Shown here piece after piece: positions 12,952 through 24,797 of a stretch of 64,000 nucleotides of DNA (its first letter is position 1; each line of letters opens with the position of its first letter). The stretch spans positions 744,001 to 808,000 of the forward strand of contig NW_027191419.1 in the NCBI RefSeq assembly GCF_041146345.1, written 5' to 3'. Source of the DNA: Neodothiora populina (taxonomy: Eukaryota). The position numbers were made by a program, and so were the translations under genes. The notes under the pieces are model-generated. The model searched no databases. It was not told the DNA's origin and saw only the letters and a list, made by a program, of their open reading frames with translations.

Positions 12952-14490
12952 ATGTTTTCTTGGGCATCCTTTCAAACTCCCTCAAGACGCCATCGGGGGG
13001 TTCCAGTGCCACCATTGAACGTGGCAACACATCACCAATGTCTCTTGACTCCGCTATCTGCGGATGGTTCGCCTATCCATGGACTGTGCAATTTTGAAAA
13101 CCTTGACATCGGCCAGCAAATCGATGACAATGCTCAGACCTGTAGCGATAGATGCGCCCGTTTCATGGTCCCCACTCCAACAACATGTAGCTCGAGCCAT
13201 CTGAACGAAGATAGCCTTCTGAGCTCAATGGACTCAATGGGTACCTTGTCGCACTCTACTTTTGCCGCCTCCTGGTCTGATCAGATCCCAGTACCTGACT
13301 TTGCGGGTATCAAGCTCGAAGATCCGAGTTCAACGCAGTCCTCACTGTATTCTTCGTATTATGGAGGTCAGTCGACCCGGTCGTTTGACAACTTCAGTTG
13401 CAATAGCGATAACCAATCTTCGTCAGGGGGTTCCTCTTTCAATGCTGGATCATGCGTTGTGCCCCTCAATATCTTGACGGATCCGTCACAAGATCCATGT
13501 CACTATCTCTGTGAAGACTGGACGCATATCGATGCTACGGCCGACTTCAGTGAGCAAATAATGCCACCAGATATACTCTCGCCAACTTCTCCCTCGATAC
13601 TGTCGACCGACACTCCAATGAAGATCGACACCGATCGATCTTCACTTGACGTCTCATCTCCGGAAGAGTACAAGTCCACCGACAGCCTTGTTTCTGAGAT
13701 CATGACTAGATCGAGAAGAGGCACTCGCTCGACTGGTACTTCTGCTCGCCGCGTACGGAAAGATGCCAGACGAGCCCAGATCTCAACTCCCAGCCGTCAA
13801 GCTGATCTGAAAACTTTTGTTGGAGGACATACAGAAACTGGCGTACCCATCTCAGTCTCGATCGAAGATAACGCATTGAAATTCAAGCGTCTGGCTTCCC
13901 GCAACAATAAAAACAATAACAACAGTCGCCGTGACTCCGTTACATCGACTGTCTTAGGACCTACGGGGATCAAGAAGTATCCCTGCGACCTCTTCCACAC
14001 TGGTCAATGCGACAAAGCCTTCCAACGCTCCGAACATCAGAAGCGGCACATGCGCATGCATGATCCTGTCCGCGCCTTTCCTTGCTTCTTCGAAGGCTGC
14101 GAAGCCGGTGGAGATAAGACTGGTGCTGTCAATCGTAACGACAACGCTTACGATCACGCATACACTCACCTCAAATCTTGGCTGGGCGGACCTGACGGCA
14201 CCAAAGCACGCATCAATCTGAATCTCCATGTCGCTGCCAATAAGAACAAATCGAGGAATCGCCCCGTAGCCCCTTCGATCATGCGTGACGCAATTTCAAG
14301 GCGTCATGCAGACGATCCAGACAAATGCAAGAAGTACTTCACTACCTTCAACCGCAAAGCTGGTAAGGACTTCGAAGTGCACTTCAACTTTGAGGGCACT
14401 GATTCCGATGAAGGTGAGGTGAGGTTGACTCGGTGCTCCTGGAAAACGGACGGGCACTGCAAGGGTTGTGGACTATCGAGGAAGAAATGA
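12952..14490 (+). CDS. C2H2 zinc-finger transcription factor
   Basis: Long ORF with a Ser-rich N-terminal half. Fingers YPCDLFHTGQCDKAFQRSEHQKRHMRMH and FPCFFEGC...NRNDNAYDHAYTH. First ATG at 12952; an upstream intron is likely. Confidence 0.85.
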   Translation: MFSWASFQTPSRRHRGVPVPPLNVATHHQCLLTPLSADGSPIHGLCNFENLDIGQQIDDNAQTCSDRCARFMVPTPTTCSSSHLNEDSLLSSMDSMGTLSHSTFAASWSDQIPVPDFAGIKLEDPSSTQSSLYSSYYGGQSTRSFDNFSCNSDNQSSSGGSSFNAGSCVVPLNILTDPSQDPCHYLCEDWTHIDATADFSEQIMPPDILSPTSPSILSTDTPMKIDTDRSSLDVSSPEEYKSTDSLVSEIMTRSRRGTRSTGTSARRVRKDARRAQISTPSRQADLKTFVGGHTETGVPISVSIEDNALKFKRLASRNNKNNNNSRRDSVTSTVLGPTGIKKYPCDLFHTGQCDKAFQRSEHQKRHMRMHDPVRAFPCFFEGCEAGGDKTGAVNRNDNAYDHAYTHLKSWLGGPDGTKARINLNLHVAANKNKSRNRPVAPSIMRDAISRRHADDPDKCKKYFTTFNRKAGKDFEVHFNFEGTDSDEGEVRLTRCSWKTDGHCKGCGLSRKK

Positions 14491-15204
14491 CAACCCATGA
14501 TCAAGATCGTTCTGCTGGTTTGTCGACCTCGATTGCTATTATTCTATTCTATCCTTCTCTCTTTTTACTTTTTCCTCGGATCTTGAACTCTACCTTCGAG
14601 TGACCATGGTCTACTGCGAGAGCTGCTGTGAACGGCTTCTCGCATGTGGTGCTGGATACATCTTCAGTCGGGAGAAAAAGCATCACTAGCATTACGTCGA
14701 AAAGAACCATGGTGGATTGCTGCGTTGCCTTTATTCACTGTCATTCCAGATCTTTTCATTCCTTTGCATATCTTTTCTGGCATACTTTTGGCTTTCGGTT
14801 TTCACGATCTGGGTTTTGTTTTACTTTGAAAAGAAAAGGAGGGCAGGGAAAAGAGGAAGACCAGGGGCCTCTGCCTCTGAATGGAACGTTCGTTCTTCGG
14901 GAAATGAAATAAAGATGTCAAGGCAGGCCATTGTCAGCTAGATCACTCAGAGTATTCGATCGATCTTCAGAAAAGGTGGAACATTTGAGTACCCTGCTAG
15001 CAGAGCTTGGGTGCAGCGTCAAGGGGACCAAAGGCTACCTTGATAGCTAATTTTCGGTTAGCATGCATGTCATGCGTCAGTTTTACATATTCATCGAACA
15101 TCATTATCGTTTATGCTTCCCACAGTAAGATCGAGTGTCTGTGACATACTGTAACGACTTGAAGAAGGCAATCTTGTATCCAGTGTCTGTGGCAGTGCGA
15201 CTTC

Positions 15205-15244
15205 AGGCAACAAGGCGACAAGGCGACAAGGCAACAAGGCAACA
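15205..15244 (+). repeat. Tandem repeat, 5 x 8 bp AGGCRACA
   Basis: aggcaaca aggcgaca aggcgaca aggcaaca aggcaaca, read directly. Confidence 0.9.
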
Positions 15245-15412
15245 GTGTATCATTCGGCGATAAGATTGCCACAATCTCCGCAATCGGCCAATGAACCCTT
15301 GGCAAAAGCGCGTCTGTTTACTCTCCTCTTTTGATCCTCGAGTTATCCTCTATACCACAAACATTGCGCCGTCACACTATTATTGAGATATCGGCATCTC
15401 ATCCAATCCACA

Positions 15413-16609
15413 ATGGCGACACGGGATCAGATAACGACGGCGCTATTGACTGAGCACCTCCGCTACACTCCCCTCACCCTTTTGGATGACATAATTAACG
15501 ACGTCAACGAGCTCGTGTTTCAAGCAGTAAATAACATTGAAACTGCGCTCCTCAACGTCCCACCAGATCAATTAGGATTCGAAAACCCTGCTCCATCCCA
15601 GGTTTCTTCGAACAAAAGAAACGCTGCCTCATCGATAGCGTCTGGTGCTAATGCTGAGACGGACGAAGAAGCGTTGGAGCAGGCGGCGCGCACCGAGATT
15701 GAAGGTGGAATTGTGAAGCTGGAATCACTATTGAATGCGGCGGTTGATAAGGACTTCGATAAATTGGAGATTTATACTTTGCGAAACCTTTTGACTGTCT
15801 CTAACTCGAAAGATGACGAAGGCCTCGAGGATTGGATTATGCTGGATCATTATAAGGTATGTATGCTCTTTTGGCGAATTGGCGTGGATATCACGAGCGT
15901 ACTATTTGCTGCTGACCGCCGTCATCGTTTCCAGAATCTGGCATTAGATCCGCAGGCACCAAATGTGGCATATGCGCCCACACCGGAGTCCCTTGATCAA
16001 TTGCGCCGGAAAGTGGCAGAGACGGAGAAGTTGCAATCACTCTTACGAATCGAAAAGGCAAGAAATGATGCGCTCTTGTCTCAATTGAGACCTTTGCTCT
16101 CGTCGTCGTCACAGGAGAAGCCACAACAGCATCGACAACCTGTGAAGGCCGAAGCGCGAGAAGGAAGTGAGGAGCAGGCGACAATACCGCCTTCGTTATC
16201 CTTCTTAACATCCACGCCGTCAGCAGCAGCCCTGGGCATCGCCAATTCTTCGACACATTCACGGGCGACCTCGATGGCACAAAACACGAACTTCACTTAC
16301 TCTCAAATGGCCAACTTACGCAATATCGTGAAGGATTTGCGTCCTCATCTCGCATCACTCGCTTCACCTTCGTCAATGGCTCCTCTACAAATACCAAAGT
16401 CGGAAGAAGAGAGGCATGCGTACATAGAGAGCCAGTCAAAACGCGCTATGGAGCGTGCAGGCGTCGAACCTCAAGCTGGATTGGGCGTACAGGATGAAGC
16501 GCGTAGGAAGGTTGGCGCTGATGAAGTGAACGCTCTGGAAGGGGTCGTAGCCGCATTGACTTCGGCGGATCAACGACAGCACGAGCAGGGAGATAGAATG
16601 GAGGAATAA
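15413..16609 (+). CDS. MIS12: Kinetochore MIND-complex subunit Mis12/Mtw1, 2 exons (15413-15856, 15935-16609)
   Basis: LLTEHLRYTPLTLLDDIIN and EIEGGIVKLESLLNAAVDKDFDKLEIYTLRN are Mis12 signatures. In-frame 78-nt intron (GTATGT..CTGAC..CAG). Confidence 0.9.
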   Translation: MATRDQITTALLTEHLRYTPLTLLDDIINDVNELVFQAVNNIETALLNVPPDQLGFENPAPSQVSSNKRNAASSIASGANAETDEEALEQAARTEIEGGIVKLESLLNAAVDKDFDKLEIYTLRNLLTVSNSKDDEGLEDWIMLDHYKVCMLFWRIGVDITSVLFAADRRHRFQNLALDPQAPNVAYAPTPESLDQLRRKVAETEKLQSLLRIEKARNDALLSQLRPLLSSSSQEKPQQHRQPVKAEAREGSEEQATIPPSLSFLTSTPSAAALGIANSSTHSRATSMAQNTNFTYSQMANLRNIVKDLRPHLASLASPSSMAPLQIPKSEEERHAYIESQSKRAMERAGVEPQAGLGVQDEARRKVGADEVNALEGVVAALTSADQRQHEQGDRMEE

Positions 16610-17619
16610 GCATATTGATTTTGCTGGATGTTTGGCGATACGGAGATAGGCGTTGGGAGTCAAACGGACTACTCATGCGGATGGAAGGACACCCTACCTT
16701 ATGTTTCTTTATAACGATACCCCACTTTGGAAGGCACGAGAGCCTGTAATCTGATCTTTGGAACGATGCCAAGATGCATCACATTTAGTCCAATACAGTG
16801 ATCAATTCAGTGTCAATTTCCATTCGCAAATTTTCGCATGTGAGACTACCACTCGGCTAGTACATGCGGCACTGACATGCAGTTGGGAAGGGAATAGAAC
16901 GCCTCGAACTGCATAGATTCGATCAACGGTGCCTTATCGCCTGGCAACAAGCGTCGAGCAAGCCTATGCTCGACCATGTCACATAAACATTCATGATGAC
17001 GATGACCAGAGCTTCACGAAATCAATCATCCTCAAGCCATCGCATCCCGCACGAGCTCAAGAGCCCCGCTTCAAAACTTTATGATACCCTGGTAAGGTTC
17101 ATGTCTTGACATTGGAAGCAAGCGAAACCAGGATCGGCATCCGTCCATGGTGTGGTTGACAACCAATCACAGACGCTTCCTCTCCACGTTTAGTACTCTA
17201 CTCCACAATCTTCCCATTCGACTCCATAAAGTTACTGATCAAGCATACTACGTACTCACGATCTTCAGGTACCCACACGCGAACGCCTATATCCATGAGC
17301 AGCTAACCTTGCCCGAGGAGGCAGGAGAGTTTCGCGAGCTCACAGAGCATGTCAAATATTTCCTCTGTGATTGGCTCGAATGGTTCATGCCCAGCTGTCG
17401 TCAGACGTGTTGTATACACATCTGGTGAACTATAGTTTGTGGCGCGAGAAATGATAAGGCATACCCGGGCAAATGTGAGCTACATGATTCCGCTAATTTT
17501 TGGCTCGAGAGGGGTACAAGAAGGTGCTGTTGTCTCTGTCGTTTCAACGTCCCGTAGAGCAGAAAAGGTAGGCTTTCCTCTATATCGATCCTCGAAACGT
17601 CGGCAGAAGCCATTCCAGG

Positions 17620-19753
17620 ATGTTGTCTCTTATCTCTGTCCTTTTTTTCTCTACTGTTGCGCTCGCAGCGTGGACCAAGAACATCAACTACCGCAGTCCC
17701 TCGGAGCATCATCCCGGTCTTGGTATATCGGTCCATAAAGTGAACAAGCGCAATGTTCCAGGCACGGAGTACACTGCCTCCCAGCTCAACTTCACACACG
17801 GAGTCGCATCCGGCGATCCATACCCGGACTCGGTGATCTTATGGACTCGTGTGGCCCCGATGGTGGGCAACGTCGATGATAACACTACTGTATCAGGCTA
17901 TGTTCCATTGTTCGGGCATGGGCCGGCGCAGAACATCAGCACTGCACCCATCTGCGTTCAATTCAAGGTGGCTAAAACACCTGACTTCAGAGATGTTGAG
18001 AGCAGTGGAACTGCTTATACTTCATCGGACATCGATTACACAGTCAAGGTGCGCAGGGAATGAGTTTATGTGGGAAAAGTATTGATTACTCATGGCATTA
18101 CAGGTCGAGGCCAAGGGTTTGACCGCATTCACCAGATACTACTATCAGTTCAATATCTGCAATTCGAACAAGACAAGTCCACTAGGCCGCACTAAGACAA
18201 CTCCTAATGTTAATGATCATACTTCAAGTGTAGGCCTAGCTGTCTATTCTTGCTCGAATTACCGTGGGTTGATCTGGCATCTGGACGGCAAGGGATGCAC
18301 GAGCTGACCAAGTGCACAGCATTCGGATACTTCAACCCATACGGAAACCCTGTCCGCAAAGATTCGGTGGATTATGTTATTCATCTTGGCGATTACATTT
18401 ATGAGTATGCTGGGGATGGTGATTATGGTGAGTACATCGCCAGCTCTTCCAGGTACCACGTTCATCTTGACATGGGACTGACCGCCTACTGCATAGGCTA
18501 TGGCTATAGTATCAATCGCATCCCGAAACCAGAACGTATCATTACCACTCTCTACGACTACCGTGAGCGTCATGCCACCTATCGTACCGACCTCGATTTG
18601 CTTGCCTCCCATCAAAATTACCCCTGGATTCCCGTTTGGGACGATCACGAAGTGGCCGACAACACCTGGCGTGATGGCTCGGCCGAACTGAACAACACCG
18701 AAGCTTCTTTCATCAATGATGGAGGTGTCTCGGTGGATCAACGCAAGATGAATGCAGTCCGCGCCTACTTTGAATGGATGCCCATTCGTCAGGTAGAGAT
18801 GGATGACAATCTGCGAATCTGGAGAAGCTTTAGCATCGGCAGCCTGTTTGACTTGATCATGCTTGACACGAGGCAGTATGATAGATCCATCACTGACCTC
18901 TATTGGAACACGGATTACATTCACAGCATCTCCAACGATGCGGGAAGAAGTATGATGGGATCTCGTCAGGAGAACTGGTTCTATAACCAGTTGAGTGCAA
19001 GTGCCGATCGCGGCGCTGCTTGGAGAATTATCGGGTCTCAGACGGGTTCGTACCCCGACCACACCTACGAAATACGAAGGTTGATGCTGATTCCATAACA
19101 TAGTGCTCTCTCGCATCAACGAATCGGTAGCCTATGGCAACGTCAACCCTCTAGACTACGATGCGTGGGACGGCTATCAAGCGAATCGCAACCGCACACT
19201 CTCGCACCTCCAATCGCACAACATCACCAACAACATTGTCCTCTCGGGTGACTCCCATGCTTCCTGGGTCAGTGATCTCGTCTGGCTAGATCACACATCA
19301 TACAACAGCACTTCCGGTCTCGCAACCCCAAACACGAATCTAGGTGTTGAATTCGCGGGATCCGCAGTCACCTCCCCTTGCCCATACGGTCAGAACATTA
19401 CCCTGGTCGCAGCCAACAACGTTTCTGATTGGCTCGTGGCTCATAACGAAGAACTCCAGTGGCAGGATCTCTACTACAGGGGTTACTATGAACTGCGCAT
19501 CTCCTATGATGCAGTCAAGGCGCAATACTTCGGCATGCCTACAGTTACAACCAGGAACCCCTACGAGATATCTTTGGCAAATTTCACGGTGAATAGCGGA
19601 GAAGGTAGGCTGCAGAGACCAGTCGCTGGTGGTAGGGTCGAAAGTGGCTCACTAAAGGGAGGCATGGTTTCGGGTGGCAATTTCACAAACAATACCGAGA
19701 CTGGGGTCTGGTTTGTGCCTGATCCTAATCAGTTCAATCAAGAGGATCTGTGA
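17620..19753 (+). CDS. phoD: Secreted PhoD-family alkaline phosphatase, 5 exons (17620-18048, 18104-18263, 18320-18427, 18497-19045, 19104-19753)
   Basis: Signal peptide, then FTHGVASGDP, VILWTR, HLGDYIYEY, WDDHEVADN, MLDTRQY, DAWDGY and LSGDSHASW. All four introns are GT-AG and restore frame. Confidence 0.93.
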
Positions 19754-20875
19754 AAGGTCACGTAGCTGAGGTGGCAGAAAGCAGGTAAAAATCGTTGAGA
19801 TCATATGTACATATATGTATATAAGAGCAAGGACTAGGAAAAGACGCCAAAAGCGTGAAATCAGATTGCACAAGGCTCGAAAAGATTCACGGTGCGGCGC
19901 TCTTATAGCCAGATAGACAACAAGGCCTTCCTCTATGGCCCCAAGCCAGGATATCTGCCCCATTCGAGATGCAAAGATGCTTGCGAGGCTGGGTACGTTG
20001 TGAAACCACTGCTCAGCCATGTCATACGAAGCTGACGGGGCGAAGTGGTATTTTTAAGCCGGGAACTGCCGTCAGAAGTCGCTGCAATGTTGAAGAACAT
20101 GGCAGTTGCATATAGCATTGTAGAGTCTAGATTATCGGAATGAGAGCCCTGGTGGAGGATGATCAACAAGAGTTCCCAAGCCGAGGTATATCATTGTCTT
20201 GGCATATCGATGCATTCTTTTGGAAGCATTGTGTAGCGTGCTATTCCTGATGTTTAGATCAACAAACATGAGGCAAGAAGCAGGTGCTACGCCCTATTTA
20301 TTTGCATAGACATGAATGAACTTCTCTCTGAATCATGCTGCAATTAAGGTTACGCGACGAAGGCAAGAAAATATTTCTTGCCGCACTGATCTTCTGCAAG
20401 CGATATGGGTTTCTCTTCGATCGCACATGCGCCCGCCCGTTGAACCGATCATGGGACCAATAGGTATCACACTTCACGTCAAACACTGCACTCAAAGTCG
20501 CAACATCCTCGTGACTGAGGGAGAGACTGACTTGGTGCTTCTTGTTGTGTTTCTTGCGCGATGGGACCAAATCGACTTTTGCTAGATGCTTATGTATGAC
20601 TATACACCTGATGTCTTGCTTCTTGCCTAGTATGGTCACAAACTTCTCATCTGTTCTTGGAGTATAGTTTGGGAAGCAATGTCTTCTTCATAGTCCTGCA
20701 ACCTTGTGAGCCTTGTAGCCTCGGGGTATCAAACGATCAGCTGCATATCATTCGAGTCAGCGGGGCAACTTGTCGCCTGATCCCACTGATACTGATAGCA
20801 TATATGGTAGCCGTATAAGAAGACCTGCGAAATCATTAATGATGTTGACCAAGATCGTATCGATACTTCGCCGAC

Positions 20876-21628
20876 ATGTCACCTTCAGAACTGGATCCAC
20901 TACTTCAGAACCCATCTCCGAGCACCTATCGCGACGAGTTTCGTCCACCTCACCGGTACCGTCCGACTGGAAGTGTCCATACAAGTCATGGCTCGGCCCA
21001 ATACAATGACTACGATGAGATCAACGGAGATGAGAGCGACTCGCAAGACTCGGAATCTCTCAAGCCACATGACTTCTACGAGCTAATTGGTATGAAAATT
21101 CCAGATGCCCAGGGAAATACACCTGGTAGTCTTGAAGCGGCGCATGGCTTCTATGGTCAAATGTGCCAGGAGAAGCGGGCCGTGGGGAAGAAATATCACC
21201 TTTACGACATATTGGTCATGTTCCTTCTCATTGTCCAGACTCTGCTTTCCGCTGTTTTCATCGTGCTCGGCGCCCTGAATGCTGACCAGCATGTTGCAAT
21301 CGCCGTCCTGGGGGCTGTGGGTAGTGTCATTGCGGGTGTTCTGGCATTGATGAGAGGGCAAGGTCTGCCAACTCGTCTGCGCACAGAAAGAGACAGTCTT
21401 AAAAGGGTTATATTGGAAGCCGACGAGCTGTACTGGGATGTAGGCGCTGGTCGAGAGGTCACTTATGGTGATGTCAAGAGGATCCGAGACGCATATATCT
21501 CTGTATTAGAAGATGCAAGAAAGAATCACCCAGATATGTGTAAATCTACCGTTGTGTCACTGAAGGAAGGCCTAACAAGGACAGCTACACCCACCAAGCG
21601 CGATCCTGCCACCATCCGCTACTGCTAG
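20876..21628 (+). CDS. SLATT-fungal (SMODS/SLOG-associating 2TM effector) domain protein
   Basis: 250-aa ORF with two TM helices (ILVMFLLIVQTLLSAVFIVLGA; VAIAVLGAVGSVIAGVLALM) followed by RGQGLPTRLR and a helical tail, the pattern I recall for SLATT_fungal. Confidence 0.75.
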   Translation: MSPSELDPLLQNPSPSTYRDEFRPPHRYRPTGSVHTSHGSAQYNDYDEINGDESDSQDSESLKPHDFYELIGMKIPDAQGNTPGSLEAAHGFYGQMCQEKRAVGKKYHLYDILVMFLLIVQTLLSAVFIVLGALNADQHVAIAVLGAVGSVIAGVLALMRGQGLPTRLRTERDSLKRVILEADELYWDVGAGREVTYGDVKRIRDAYISVLEDARKNHPDMCKSTVVSLKEGLTRTATPTKRDPATIRYC

Positions 21629-22404
21629 ACAAAGAACTAGATATCTTCGAAGCGAAGCCTTGCTCTGCTGAGCTTCCAACCTTGACACTCAACATTTCAC
21701 AAGGTCCAGCCTGTGTAACTTATCACCGCATAATCCGGAGCAGAGTACGCGTATGCACCTGTGACTTGGACCGTAAGAGTAGGCTGACAACAGGCAAGGC
21801 AAAAGATGCCACTCTGTGTAATTAATCATTTAGTTTTTACCTGTTCCGGTCCAGAATTCGGACCCACCGCTTGCTGCCCAACATCAATCTTTATCTCGCA
21901 ATTTCTGTTGGACGCCCTGAAATATGCTTCCACTGTACAATTCGAACAAATCGTGAGTGACTTATGATCATCTGGTCGTCAATGGCACCCAGACTGAGCT
22001 AAAGTGTCGTAACGTTTGTTATCCTGTCACTTATATCACTGCTGACAAACACTTGCTGAAGAAGGGACGCCTTTAATGCTGTTTTTCTTACATGACTTTC
22101 GCTTTCGGTTCCTCTCCTAATTTACCGAGTGTATGTCCTCGGGATTCAGGATCCGCTTCGATGAGGGTCTGCCAATTCGCAAGTTGCATAGCCCCAATGT
22201 ACTCCGATATCAGGCGCTATACTATCCTGGGAATGGTTGAACCAATCACGAGCTTCATATAGACGACGAAGATGCTTTCTACATATATCACAGACGGCCA
22301 CTACAGGCAGGTCAATGAATTTCAATTATTCTTAATATGCTCATATTCGATTTAACTAGGTGGGATGCGGCCAAATGTAACTCCTGCTCATTGCACTCAT
22401 CAAC

Positions 22405-24195
22405 ATGGCTAACGCGCCAAAGGAGAGATTCAAGTTTGTCAACTACTTCAGTGACCGTGACCAAGATGCTAAGAAAGACTTGACCGAAATCAAACAACAT
22501 GTTATGCACGACTACTTCAGGCGGCATGGGAAGCGACACTGGAGGCGAACTCATCTGCTGCGTTCCCCACCGAGCAAACATGATCAAGAGAATGAGCCCG
22601 ATCAGAACAAGATTACAGATCACTCAAGGGCGATATCTACAGATTCAGTCCCTGGTCACTTGCGTGCTTCAGAGCACAACCCCGGCTGTTCTCGTCAAAC
22701 TGTTCCTACTACCTTGATCCAGGATGAAGTCGGAAGCCGCAGCCTAGATCCATTTGACGTATTACCCGTGGAAGGTAAAGCTGTCACAGACGATTTGGTA
22801 TTTTGGTATTTTCACTACTGTGAATGTATGCAAACAGCTGTTCCTTGGCTTCACTCGTTGAACCAAATATGGCTGAAGTCTTTTTGGGATCTTGCTATCC
22901 AGCATGAGGGACTCTTCCATGTACTTTTGGCAATTGGACAGAGCAATCGTGCTATTGTTACAGGAAAGCAGGACAACGTCATTAGACTCTATCACCGAGG
23001 ACAAGCTATTCGTGCTGTTGGTGAAGGAATCGCAGGTATGTTGTCGTTCATCAGGCCATCGTGTAACTTCTCGATTATGTCTCGCACAGCGATGTTACCG
23101 AGCTGATGGGAAGTAGCAAGCCAATATCATGGAGCCACTGACCTTCTCATTCATCTAATGTCGCAATTGATTGGCGAAAACCTCGACGAAGAAGATTACG
23201 GCTCAGCCAGAACGCACATGCAAGCAATTATCACACTTTTAAACCGCCGCTCGGATCTAAAGACATGCGGTATTCCCCTGGAAGGACTGCCACTCATAGA
23301 CTTATGTTGGACAGATCTTCGGCTTGCTTCTGTAACGTTGAAAGCACCCTTGTTACCTTTCGATCCACGGCAGACAGGAACCGCTGGTCCTAAAGGCCTC
23401 ACTAAACAAGCCCATCAGCTGACCTTGGATACATTGACGACTATCCTGAGCAAGCATTGCAATCGGTACACGGGCTACACGATGTTCAACAGTTTACACT
23501 GTATCAGTCTCATGTTTGACAAGAGATGGGCCAGCGATGTTGACTTGACCACAGTCATGCGCCCATACTACGCAATATTACGGCAGCTGAGTGCATTGAT
23601 TGCGAAGGTACGTGGTCCACAGTATGAGGGGCCGTTCGTACCCACACATGCCGTGCTCTTTTGTGCGGAGCTTTATGCTTGGACCTGCCTCCCAACAAGG
23701 GTTCCGAGAGTATATCACTCCCCGCTGCAGAAGAACATCCAAATTGCTGTTGTGCGAGTTCTCTTCGAAGGATTTGTCCAGGTCGACGAGATATTGAGTT
23801 TCTGGATTGATTACGGCGTTCAATTGGAATCACTTCTCTGGGTCCTCTTCGTTGGCTCGGCCGTGTCTGGCACAACTGATCTGAAAGTGAGTGACGTGTG
23901 GCGAGTGCTGCCCCATAGTGATTTTGGACAACAGTCAGTGTCGGCATGGTTCATTGAAGGCCTAAAGAAAACCGCGGAGAAGCTGCAGATCCGGGACTAC
24001 GATGAATTTGAGCGCGTCCTGAAGCGGTTCCCCTGGACCGAGCATTTCTCCCATCGATGGTGCATCATACTATCTGCACAAATAGGCCTCAATCCCGGGG
24101 ACCGGAATGCAGTCGATGCTGCCTCTGACACGCAGGCCCCAGATTCGAGCGCTCAGCTGCATACAGTATGTTGCACGAATCGGCTTTCTCATTAG
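22405..24195 (+). CDS. Fungal-specific transcription-factor-like protein without a Zn2Cys6 cluster, 2 exons (22405-23035, 23117-24195)
   Basis: N-terminal FKFVN...IKQHVMHDY basic motif, LDPFDVLP and LLWVLFVG. Intron 23036-23116 (GTATGT..CTGAT..TAG) joins in frame. Confidence 0.7.
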
Positions 24196-24797
24196 CTCTC
24201 GCTGCATCCCCGAAATTCAGAAACGGACACTCACGCAATGTGAGCAACACATTCTAGATAATGCAGATTGATCCGTAACAGAATCATTCACATCTGCCGT
24301 CTTGGCAAACGATCTCCCCCACATCTTACTTTCTCCACGTTCTCCATCTCTCCGCATCTTGAGATGCCGCCAAAGTCTAACGATCATTAGACACGTCATT
24401 CGGTGACTATTTCCACCAACAGGATACATCAGCTGTACCGGCGAGTAATGGCTTAGAGCAATAAATCGATTTTGGCTCGGAAAATCTTCGTTTGTCTGTT
24501 GATCATCATGCCTAATGGCGATGATGCCGATCGACAGTGCTACAGACCCCAGACGTCGAAGAAGAAAACCAATCACTGTCCTTTGTAGAACATGTACCCA
24601 GAGTTACAGCATCCACGGCACAGAGTCATGATCGTGGTGTCATGAAGTCGGTCTTTCATCTCCGACGACAATATGTCCCCGCAGTTGCAGCATGTTATAA
24701 GTCTACTGTGATATTGCCGCTCATGTCTGCGTTGCCTTTCTTCGATCATCATTGCCGTCACTTCCTGCAGTAGCGTTGAATGAGCAGAGCATACAAC

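Noticed and set aside
18259..19119. 286-aa minus-strand ORF
   Set aside because: Antisense shadow of phoD exons with no recognisable motifs.
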